DNA of 64,000 bases from Pseudovirgaria hyperparasitica. Its lineage: Eukaryota. Position numbers and translations under genes: made by a program. The stretch lies in assembly GCA_010093815.1 (NCBI GenBank), contig ML996570.1, one strand, 5' to 3'. Shown here piece by piece: positions 1 through 11,367 of the stretch. Every line of letters starts with the position of its first letter. Within the stretch, counting starts at the first letter, position 1. A model generated the notes under the pieces. That model was given only the letters and a program-made list of their open reading frames with translations, was not told the origin of the DNA and did no database searches.

Positions 1-45
1 GGTATTGTGCTCGGTGTGTATTTTGGCGCCGTCAATCCTCCAGGC

Positions 46-79
<34 letters not shown>

Positions 80-87
80 GCAATTAG
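1..87 (+). CDS. 3' end of a gene entering the window: C-terminal hydrophobic anchor plus poly-Asn tail (tail-anchored, syntaxin/SNARE-like ending)
   Basis: Frame 1 reads GIVLGVYFGAVNPPG(N)11GN then TAG at 85-87. The hydrophobic tail resembles the end of a tail-anchored membrane protein. Only 28 codons are visible. Confidence 0.45.
46..75 (+). repeat. (AAC)10 microsatellite encoding poly-Asn
   Basis: Direct reading of the sequence. Confidence 0.95.
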
Positions 88-2028
88 CGGCCATCGAAGA
101 CGGTAAATACATGTCACTCAAGATCAAAAGCGCCAATAGTATATTTGCGTCAGCAGTATGACCACACAGTGAGGGCCAATGCGTGGGCAGTAAGAAAAGG
201 CATGTCATGGCAGATTGGGCAAATGACTTTTCATAGTTGGGCGTTTTGTGTCTTCAGTGTACACCAGAGGTCTGTACTGGTTTCTGGCTACGTACTGGTT
301 AATAATTAATACCCCTATCTCTTCGCATCGCTTTTCCCAATGCAGTTCTGTATTGATGAAGCATGTCAGACGTCTAATTCGTAACACCCACGTTCAATGT
401 GTTGATAGGTCTCTTGAACAATTTGATGTGACTGCTGTCTTTTCACAAGCTGTCAGGCCTGTCATAAGAGTCCTGTTGAGCCGCTTCACATGTCTGCCAC
501 ATGCGGAGCTGATATGTCCAAATGTAGTTTCGTACGCTCTGTGTATCATACTCCGTTCGTTGTTCTCTATTTACACTGCCATGCTGCAGTTAGTTTTCCA
601 CCAAAAATGGCCATTTCAGACGTCGTATGATCATCTGTAACAGCACCAACAGCACCTCTCAGTCCACAGACAGCTCTGAGAATAGGGCAGGGGAGACGTT
701 GCAGTGTATGCTCTGAGCCGCTAGGTAGGCCCTAAGAACATACCTCTAGTAGTATATATATATACCACCCTCACTAGTACCAAAGCCTTTCGTGCTCGAC
801 ATAAAGGATATCATATTCATCTATATAGATGCAGCTCACATGCTCACTTCGTACCTCTGTCGTGGAAGCATCTATATCAGATACCGGTCTCGAAGTATCC
901 TTGTTCTATTGAATCAAGAGCTTCTCGCAGACCCTCAAAGAGACTGTTCATGTCCTGTGCGTTGGACTGGAGTCATGTTAGGGATGGTGTTGATCGTTAT
1001 CATATATGTGTGATGGGGATCGTGGGCGGCAAGTGTTGTCGGGGCATAAGGATGTGATGCCCATGTGAGTCCACTGGCTTTGTGAATGGCTTTGGTCCCT
1101 GGCTTGGCAGCTACTTCACTATCTATATCTAAACGTAGGTTTCGTGGCCTCTGCAACACTCATACCTGCTGCGTCCTTGTGGGACATGTGGGCAGGGGAT
1201 AGATGTGTGGTGTGTCGAGGACATGATGGTCCGACCACCTATTCCATGACTTTACTCGCGTCGGCAAGGCCGAAGTTTGACGCGAAGCGCAGGTAGCGTT
1301 GGTGATGATTTGCAGCATATGAATACGATACCGCTCAGCACCAGCCGAGTTTAGTGCTCGTATCACACGTCATCTCCAAGGAGATGCAGGCGTGGACGGC
1401 ATCACTATCGAACGGAGATAGGTCCGAGTCATTTCACAGCGAGGACGGAAGCCCATCAACCTATCTCAGCAGGGTAAGCGTCGATATCACAGTCATTGCC
1501 AGACGACGGAGGATAGCGACATTCAAATTGTGCTTTCTCAAGGAGTGAATACTACTTATGAATTGGAAGGGGTAGTACTCGAAATACCAAACCTCAAATA
1601 GAAAGTGAAATTCTAGGCTACAATTACAAGCTCTGTTACGCGATCAAGCACTGTCCTATTTACACAATTACCACTTGCATTAACTAACCACTGCTGGGTA
1701 AGACGTGTCTTATCCACCCTCTAGGTATGTGTACGTATCCTATAAAAATCCTATATAACCCATCAACAACACCCTGTTCCACACCATCCCAGAACCACTA
1801 CCCAAGCGCCCCTTTACTATCATGGCGTCCTATGATCTCCACCATCCAAAGCCTGAATTCTCGGATTCATGCTCCCCTGTTCCTCTTTCGCATCAAGGCA
1901 AACAGATCTTGTATCTGTTCCCCACGGACGCAGTCCTGTTCATGGGGTTGTCATACTTGTATCCGTGGACATCGCCTGCCATGCTCTTCTTCGGTGCTTT
2001 ATCGTTGTGTTGATGATCGTCATAGACG

Positions 2029-2066
2029 TGTGGTGGTGGTGGTGGTGGTGGTAGTGGTGATGATGA
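2029..2066 (+). repeat. (GGT)n microsatellite grading into (GAT)n
   Basis: Direct reading; it explains the poly-V/W/H/T ORFs here. Confidence 0.9.
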
Positions 2067-3288
2067 TCATGATCTGATAACGACGCTCGCCGGCACGCTT
2101 TCCGTGACAATGAGAATAGTGTATATATGATGCATGAACCCGGGCCCGCACACACTCGTCGCTGTATCTTGCATGAAGGCATGTGCATAGTGTTTCAGGA
2201 TGGTTCAGAATGCAGGCAGCGACCGACGAGGAAGCGTGTCTTCCTCTGCTAGTAGGATGAACTATCAACATCAATATGATATATCATCACACGAAAATAC
2301 ACCACGGAAACTTCAAGGAGGATATTATATATTGTGAGAATGATTGAGAGGAATGTGACGTAACCATGTTATATGCCGGGTAGATGCAGAGCGGGGGGTT
2401 TATGATGGTTGGTCTATCTTATGACATATATATATATTATGCGGATATCTGCACCACAGGTTCTTCGTAACGACGTTCAGGGGCGACTGATACATATCCT
2501 GCCTGGGCTTTTTGCCAACCGATGTTCCATGCTTCTAACGATGTTGTTGTGGTATGTGACTTTATTAGTCTCTGTCACGTTTACGATTCCGTTAGAGACG
2601 GTAGAATAGCTCTGCGCGTGCGTGCGATTGTGCGATTATTAGGGTTTTAGCGTATGTCTCATTTACGGAACCCATTGTTACGTGATGATGAACGGGATGG
2701 GATGGTCATGGTGTTATGGTGGTGAACACTATCGTTCAGATGCCCTTCATCTAAAATGCTTGTTCTGTGGTGTATGAGATTCTGTTTGGCTAGTTACTGA
2801 GCAAGATTAATCGAATAGTGTACACTCGCGACCCAATGTCCGTATTCTGTCTCCAGCGCCATTCGTTGATCACCATCATATACATATAACTACGATAAGC
2901 AAGCATCTACAGTCTAGATCTTGAAAACTTCCGGTAAGTATTAGCGTCGACCTGACTGGAGCGTCAACACTAGATCACCTGTCGAGAGATGAATAGTCAT
3001 ATGCTCCGGTAAGGAGAGGAATCTTGTGGTGATGCTGTGGTGATGCTGATTTATGTGCCAGGCTGCAGTGCGGTGATGATGTTGTTCATCATCTCATGGT
3101 GGCAATGATGACAGATGTCGTTGGACGCGATATGATCAGTGAGCATCATCTGTCGTCAGTCGACATTGCGTATCGACACTGTGTACGCCTTAACGCTGGT
3201 CGCTGACCACCGGAATCACATGTCGGCTATATCTTCGATATTAGCCTGCCTGTTGGCAAGCGGCGAGTATATTCGATGATAGCATTCA

Positions 3289-4483
3289 TCATTCGCCAGG
3301 ATCGAGGAACGCGTCGTCGAATGCAGTTCCGTCACCACCGGTCGGACCATTCATCCAGTCTTCACTGTCGTCTTGGTCAAAGCTGAACAGATCATTGAAG
3401 TCATTCTGGTCGTTCGTGTTTATAGCATCTGTCGTCGTTGTAGCAGCTTGCTGTGCGGCGGCTGAGGTTGTTTGCAATGTCGTAGTGGCAGGAGCCGACG
3501 TAGTTGGGTTGGGATTGGAGACCTCTACTTGCAAGTCTGTTATGGTGAAATCGTCTATACCGTTACTGGAGTCTAGGTTCATGTCTCCTCCGCTGTTTGC
3601 ATAGTCCTCAAGGCCCGCGAGAAGAGAATTGGACGCGTTATCGCCTATGGCAAAGCCAAGGTCGTTGTCATTATCGTTGGTATCCATGTCTTGATCGTTG
3701 CTCAGATCCTCGAACATCTTGTCGATGTCGACGTTGCCGATCCCAGCAGTCGTAGGGGTCTTACCAAAGAGATCATCAGTAGCTGTGAGAGGGTTGTTAG
3801 TAGCCTCATGCTCAATCTCAGGGTCAGATTTCTTGCTCTGCTCGTTCGTTTGTGTCTGAATTGGTGGCGGCTTTACAGGCTGTGGGACCCTTGTGTCAGA
3901 AATGGATGTTGCATTCTTCTCCTCCTCGGGCATAATTGAAGGCTTCGCGTCGTCATTGGGTGCATCTCCCACATCTTCCATGTCCACGTCCTGCGTAGCT
4001 GTCGACTTCTTCTCTTCGTCAAGAGTTTCGGTCAGATCAGGCTTCTGCGGAGATGCAACGGCAGGGGCTGGCGCAGTCTTTTGCTTCTCTGCAGCCTCTG
4101 CCTCTCTCTTCTCTCGTTCCTTTTGCTTGACAGCTAGGTCTCTACGTATCACCCGTTGCGCAAACTTCTGTCTGGGTGATCAGCAGGTAGTAACAAAGCA
4201 ACCAACTAGACTGCTTACAATTTTAGTTGAAAGCTCATCCAGATGATTATGGTAGCTAGACAATGCAGCTGGAATGACTTTCTTCAAGCCACTCTGTGCA
4301 CGTTTTGAATCACGCAACGCAGGATCAGCAAAGAATCGACCGGTTTGCAACAACTACGTGCGTCAGCAAGGATCATGGCTCTATCAGTGCGAACGCCCTC
4401 ACCACTAGGTTCAACATGGCTTGAGCAGCATCAATCGGATGGTGTGGAGGCGGAGTCGCTACCTGCTGCTTCTGGGCATCCAT
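3289..4483 (-). CDS. Hypothetical protein of about 364 aa, probable Mediator tail subunit (Med2-like): helical N-terminus, acidic low-complexity C-terminus
   Basis: Exons 4403-4483, 4219-4353 and 3289-4167 join in frame via GTGAGG..TAG and GTAAGC..CAG introns. N-terminus MDAQKQQ...LLQTGRFF...LKKVIPAALSSYHNHLDELSTKIKFAQRVIRRDL, then a D/N/F-rich tail ending FDDAFLDPGE. The Med2 assignment is inference. Confidence 0.75.
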
Positions 4484-5812
4484 GATGGTGAAGAAGAGGC
4501 AGGAGCGAAGCTTGAAAGCCAAAGAAAAATCTAAGCTTAGTGGATTCGCGCCGATCGGCAGTAATGGAGCATGCGAAGCAATTAGGATCGCTGTGGGCGA
4601 ACGGTCACGTTAATGAGCTACTACTCCGCAGCTGCAGATGCAAGATGCAAGATGCAAGATGCAAAGGCAGCGCAAGCCAGAGCAGGGTACAAGCGCGGTC
4701 GATAGATTGATAGGCAGGGGAGAGTGGAGACAATGGGTGTGTGTCTCGTTCGATTAAAGAACCACCATGGGCAGGCCAGCAAGGCGGCCTGGTCTTCGTG
4801 GCGGTTGGAACACGGATACGCTCGCTAGCCAAAACTATCGGGGGGGGGGCTAGGCTAAGTGACGGCCCGTCTCGATGGTGTGAGAGAGTATGTGTGGACG
4901 AGGCTTAAGATATTATATCATCATATAGAAATAATTGCATGTAGAGAGAGATGGTGATTACAGTGAATACAATCCATGGTGTAGCAGTTCCTCTAGTCGA
5001 TACTAGCGCTAAGCCTGGAGCAGGCTGGCGAGTAATGTATTATAATTAATGACATGTATTTAACGTTATCTGATATCAGTCAAGAATGATGCCTGACAGC
5101 AGCGACTCGGGAGCGACACAACCCCGTTGCAGCCTTAGAACGGGGGCCTCAATCTCCTACTGGCGAGCGAGTCACCTCCACCCCACAAATCGATTCTTGT
5201 TCAGTGAAAGGTGTTTGGTGTGGCCGCTAAGTAATGTTGAGCTAGCGGGAGAGTGGAGGGAAGCTCAGGCACAGCACACCCTCACTACCTTACCTTACCT
5301 ACTAATTACTGCACTGATTCTGCTTTCCTCTCCTACTCTTCACACCTCATCTTCCCCTCTCAAGCATCGTCTTCCTGCACTCTCAGAAACGGCGTAACGA
5401 GTCTCATACTCTGTCGTCTCCTTTCTCTCCTCTTTCCTTCGTCCTTGTTTCCTTGTCGGCATTTTCCTCCAGCAGCTCATTAAGCGCCTTTCGTCAGCTT
5501 TCCACAAAAATCTCGCCAATCATCTGGACCGAAGCTTGAGCGCGCGTTATATTCACGACTCGACGTGTCTACAGCTCCGCCATCATTTCCCCTCGGTATA
5601 CGTACGGATATCATCTGCTTTTCGTCGCGGCACATTGGCGCACGGCTCGCTGTATAGCACATCAGTTCTGGAAAGGATCTCAAAGCTCTTCTGCTGCCTT
5701 CCACCCTTAACCCCTACCCTGCACATCACCTGTGCCAGACTGTTTGAGTAACACACGAAGCAAAATCCTCCTCTCGCTAAGCGAAGCATCAATCTAGACA
5801 TACTGAATCAAC

Positions 5813-7498
5813 ATGTCTGACTCTACCCACTCCGGAGCATCTCTTCCTCCGAATCCAGCTTCTGCTGGAGCCCCAGGCTTCGATGGCCAGGGAAATCCCC
5901 AAGGCAACACCTCCCACATGCCGCCTCCAGCACTCGCCCCTGTCATTATCCCTCAAAACAACAACCCTATTCCAACTGCCATCGGCTCGCCCATGTCCGG
6001 CGGACTTACATCGCCTACCAGCGCTGGTGGCTTTGTTCGTCGCGCCGCTCCTGAGCCAAACAAGAGGGCTTTGTATATTGGTGGATTGGACTTACGTGTA
6101 ACGGAAGATGTCTTGCGTCAGATTTTCGAGACCACTGGACATGTCCAAAGTGTTAAGATCATTCCCGACAAGAACGTAAGTGAGACTGTAATCACGCCTC
6201 TATCTTCCATCATTTAGCCACAGCTGACACAGCCTGCTTCGTATCAGGCCAAAGGTTTCAATTACGGTTTTGTCGAGTATGACGACCCCGGTGCCGCCGA
6301 CCGCGCTATGAACACGCTCAATGGACGACGGGTTCTCAATAACGTAAGGGTCTACACTGTGCATAGTTCGAGGCAAGAAGGCTGAACGTAACAGGAAATT
6401 CGTGTGAACTGGGCATACCAGACCAACAATGCACCCAAGGAGGATACATCGAACCACTTCCATATCTTTGTTGGAGACCTCTCTAACGAGGTCAATGATG
6501 AAGTTCTCCAGCAAGCATTCGGAAATTTTGGGAACGTCTCAGAGGCGCGTGTCATGTGGGACATGAAGACCGGACGCTCCCGTGGATATGGTTTCGTTGC
6601 ATTCCGTGATCGCTCCGATGCTGAGCGTGCACTCTCGTCTATGGACGGAGAATGGCTTGGGTCTCGTGCTATTCGATGCAACTGGGCGAATCAGAAGGGC
6701 CAGCCTTCTATTTCTCAGCAGCAGGCTATGGCGCAGATGGGCATGACACCCACGACCCCGTATGGCCACCACCAGTACCCCACCCATGGCATCCAAAGCT
6801 ACGACATGATTGTCGCCCAGACTCCCGGATGGCAGACTACGTGCTACGTCGGTAATCTGACACCCTACACCTCGCAGTCTGATTTGGTGCCTTTGTTCCA
6901 AAACTTTGGCTATGTCGTCGAGACCCGCTTTCAGTCCGACCGCGGCTTCGCATTCATCAAGATGGACAACCACGAGAATGCCGCCATGGCAATCTGCAAC
7001 TTGAGTGGCTACAATGTCAACGGCCGTCCTCTTAAGTGCAGCGTATGTTGCTCAGCTCATTTACAATAATCAGTGCTAATTTGGTTCAATTTAGTGGGGA
7101 AAAGATCGTCCACCGACAGGGCAATTCGATGGGGGTGCCTATTCTCCGGCGCAGGGTCCCAGCTCCGCATATCCTCCTACCCCTAATGCATATTTTCCTC
7201 AATACGGTGGTCCAGGTGGCCCAATGTCTCCTCAATGTATGTACTATGCGTCAACTTCCACTGTACAGAAGCTAATCTATATTCCCTTTTAGCTGGACCT
7301 AGTCCAGGTGGACAACCAAACTATCAGGCCCAACAAGGCTTCGGAGGCCCAGGTATGGCCCAACCCTATCAGCAAATGCCACAGAATCAACCTGGATACG
7401 GGCGCGGAGGTGGTGGCCAACCCCAGGGTCAATGGCCTCAACAAAGCCCCGGAGGTTACGGCCAGGTGAACAATGGCTTTGGTGGCTACCAAGGCTAA
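5813..7498 (+). CDS. PUB1: Poly(U)/poly(A) RNA-binding protein Pub1/TIA-1 family, three RRMs with a Q/G/P-rich prion-like C-terminus
   Basis: RRM motifs LYIGGL, YGFVEY, IFVGDL, RGYGFVAF, CYVGNL and RGFAFIK; RAIRCNWANQK. Four short introns near 6176, 6344, 7043 and 7237. Confidence 0.93.
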
Positions 7499-9191
7499 AT
7501 CCATCCTACATGCATCGCTTGTCTGGGATTTTTGACTCTTCATAGACTCGGTCTGGCGCACTTCGTCTCCTATGTTTGGATATACCCGCCCGGCCCTGCT
7601 CCGTATTGAACGTTTCATGTGATCTCAGGATCAAGAATCTTAGCGCGTAATGTACGAGGCAAGCTAAAAGTATGTGGCTTGACCCATCATTGTTTTGGAA
7701 CCTATCGGACGAGACATATCTACTTTTCCTTACTTCCTCACTACATTACTGCAATATTCAGTCGACCTATCCTTGTCAGTTACCATTTTCTCCTTCATCT
7801 TCATGACTTTTTGGCTTCATGTCTTGGCCAAGCCTCCTCTCAAAAATGTGTGTATGTGTTGTTTCTGACTTCATATATTTGGGTTGGATTAATGAATTTC
7901 CTTGATCTTCCCATGGACCATCTACATGCTATGTTTCCTGCTGCCAAAGCGCATGTGAGCTTGTATTTATCTCCTTGAGGCTGTCCTCGCTCCCAAAAGT
8001 ATGACGAATTTTTCGATGCACTTCCCTTCGGCTGCTTGCTGCTCTTGCTTTCGCATGATACACGCACCATACATACCCTTATTCAGATAACAAACGGCTT
8101 TCTCTGTAACACACTTTGCTTCTTTCTACAGCATGCGCAAACATTGAATACCTAACGAAGCTTCACGCATCTCCTTGAGTTCTGCTGTTGCTGCTATGGC
8201 AGCACAGCGCTTCTCTTCGTTTCTTCGTTCCTTTTGAAACGGTTTCAAGAAAAACAAAATGAAAAGCGAGAATAGGGGTCCATACACATACCGTCATGTT
8301 TTGTCTTGTGTCGGTGTTGTGGGACAGTTTTGCTCGGGAACAAAAGGAGGTTTGGCTGGAATGGCTGGAATGGAGAGTAGCGGGTTGGGAAGAGTTTCTT
8401 GTTCAGAGCGGCAGAGGAAGATGATTTTTTTCTACTTTTATTCTTCTTCATGTCCTTGTTTTGCATTGTTTGGGATGTTTGGGCCAGGGATTGGCTAGAC
8501 TAGCTAGCTAGCTAGCTATAGTTGCGAGTTTGGCTGGATGATGCTGGAGTCGAGGGCATCTATGTTCGAACGAACGGTCGTACGTCAGCTGAAAATATAC
8601 ACTCTCCATTCTTCCCGATACTGCGTCTTCTTGGATTGTTGGCGTGCTTCCCCTAGCCACGTGTTGACGGATACATACATGGCCTGCTGATTGGCTCTGT
8701 TTTGGATTTGCACCCCTCGTTATTGACTTTAAGAAGTCATGACATCACAGATCTCTCTGTCGTTGAAAGACACCCTACAGCTGTGACAGATGCTCGCCCA
8801 GTCAACATGTAGAATCCAGGGGTCATACTGTAAGTCTCCGGCGTCATATACTTCCAATGCCTGCAGCGTTCGAAAACGTGTTGGCAATAAATATATCACC
8901 CGGTTCACCAACACAGTTTTATCGTGTGAAAGCGCCCACATACAGCGTAAAGAGCTAATCGAAGGCTTATTTATGAAAGAGGTGACCCACTTCAATACAT
9001 TGATTCTTTCAGTGTTGGCCTACTTTTGCGCAACGAGAAAGCAATCCGAAGAGACAACAATTTGAAAGACTCCGATGACAAGTCCTTAGCCATTTGATCC
9101 TCCGTATCGTGCTACCTTGGCTGTCTGTACTCGGTCCGAAGTTGTACACTGTGCTCTCCAGTAGAGTTGTGACAGACACACAACATGCAAC

Positions 9192-11367
9192 TTAGTTCAA
9201 AACGATCATACAGAGCCAGCCCCCGGCTCCAACGATGAGACTGAGCGCAACGACACTCCTGAGAATTCGCGTAGTTGCTAATAGACCTACCTTGGTAGCA
9301 CTGGAGGAAGTGTCCGGCTCGTGCATCGATGAAGTTGTGCATTCCTGTAGGTTGTCCAAAGCTATACGAGCGTTCGTTAGCATAGCTCATACCAATCATG
9401 CAATCTCATACCGTCATCTTCCTCACAAGCAATCTTAGTGATATCAACAAAGCAGAGTCGCTGCGCGTGCAAAACCCAAGTCCTTGTACATAGAGTTAGT
9501 TAAATAACACCATATTTGTCTCAGCGCGAATCGTAAAGAATCTTTCCGAGACCAGACAGATTGTGCTTTCCACTCACCCAAGGTTCTGCGATATCCATTT
9601 GCAACTTATAGGAACCACTTCACCACTGGCGATGGGAGAATTAGAGTCTTGTGTAAAAATTACGTTGTCCACGCAGTATTGGTCTTCGGTGCTTTGGCAT
9701 TCTAAAGGTTCGTCAAGCTTACTCAAGGCCGGAGTAGCAAGCGCCCCGATAGCTAACCACAGGCTAAGGAATGCTGTGAAGAGAAAAGTGGATGTGAAAT
9801 CCGAGCGGCGAGTGCTGCTGCCACTCGTGGCGCCGCAGCAGTCAGACTCCTGTTCTTGGGTGTCAGATGGCAACATTGGTATTCCGTTAAGATTGTCTAG
9901 AGGATAGCCAAGATTGGTCTCGTTGTATAGACACCTGACGTCGTTGCCATGAACTTGAGAATGTTCAGCCAAACATGAACACATGATCGACGAGCAATGA
10001 CTCACTGTTCTTCGGGCAACCTGACCATCCAGCTCGCACATAGCACTCATCATACGTGTAGATCCAATCCCTGGCCATGGTCAATAAAATGTTACACCAT
10101 AGTAGGTCTTTCAGCAGTCTTAGGCCTGCCGATAACCTGTGGATGCCACTGGTATACTTACGTGCCTGTGCCTAACAACGTCCCTGTGCTGCATTTTTTC
10201 TCGAAATGGTCACCAGGCATGTAGCGTATAATGGTCTTCCCGGAAATGATACATTCAGTCTCCTCATCAGGCCAGCAAGTTTCCCGATTTTGGTCTTTTG
10301 CCGACGCAAATGTAGCGAAGGCCGTGACGCCAAACCATAGACTGAGAACTAGGCTGAAGAATGGAAACGAGTAGATTACCGAGCGGCTACTGCCAGACGG
10401 AGAGTCTGATGTTTGGCTCGAGGCTTGGCCGCTGCAGAAGGCATCGAGACCTACAAGCGTCAGTTATCTCTTGATGAAACTGAGTTAAGGCTTACTTTCG
10501 CCGCCGTTAGCCTCGCAATAGAGTAAGGCTGCGGGTACATAGCATTGATCATGTTCGGAAAACCACCATTGCCTGCAACTAGTCAGCTGTGCGGGCCGTA
10601 GCAAAACATTGGAATGAATGGTGTTACTTACCCGACAGCAGGATCAACACAGCTGACCGTCAGGACAGCACCTAGAGGATACTGGATGAAGTGGTTGTTG
10701 AGGTCGTTTGTATTAGGGGTCTTGAAGCACTTGGCTATACCAGATATGGTAGTACAGTCCTGGATTTCCTTCTCCGTCGATGATGATGAGGCATAAACCG
10801 AGCTAGCGAACCAAAACCCAAGTAAAACAGTCAACAGAAGGGATGAAATCTTTCTGGAGCGGCTACTGCCTGAAGATTCATCCGAAGTTGACTGTGATGT
10901 CGGTTTTGGTGCTGGGCCGGAGGCCACGTCGCAGAAGGCGTTGATGTCTGAGCGCGAGGTAGTTAGCTTTGCCAAAGATGAATAGAAGTATAACCTCGAA
11001 TCCTACCTTCGCCCCCAGTAACCATACAATCGACATGGTCTGCAAAGACATAGCATTGATCACTAACGGAAAACCAGATTTGTCTATGACCAATGTCAGC
11101 TGTCTGAATTGTATTGTATCAAACTGATCTGTTCATGATTGAGACCCCTTACCCAGGAACAGGTATTGCGGATTTGGTGCAGGCGAGATCCAGTACAGTC
11201 CCTGGAAGATATTCGATGAATGGGTTACCAATGTCGTTTAAATTCTGGGTCTTGAAGCACTTGGTTAAGCCGAATGTGACGGTGCATTTCTGAGTAGGGT
11301 CTTGGGCATGCGTTGACGCGATGGCAACGACTAGTAGAGAAGATAGGGTGGCGGAAAAGAAAAGCAT
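9192..11367 (-). CDS. Secreted tandem-repeat protein, 551 aa: signal peptide plus four 6-Cys SH3b-like modules, each followed by a Ser-rich linker and hydrophobic segment (candidate polyprotein)
   Basis: Exons 11153-11367, 11007-11083, 10632-10947, 10496-10572, 10162-10450, 10006-10070, 9578-9953, 9412-9482 and 9192-9361 sum to 1656 nt with no internal stop. All 8 introns are GT..AG, most with a recognisable CTRAC-like branch site, and intron phases alternate 2,1 in every module. Confidence 0.88.

Noticed and set aside
9574..11367. Cluster of three or four separate small secreted effector genes (ORFs 9574-10053, 10628-10975, 11149-11367)
   Set aside because: The internal hydrophobic segments have no ATG in front of them and there are no stops or intergenic gaps between modules. 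The ORF stops fall inside intron donors, and everything splices into one frame.
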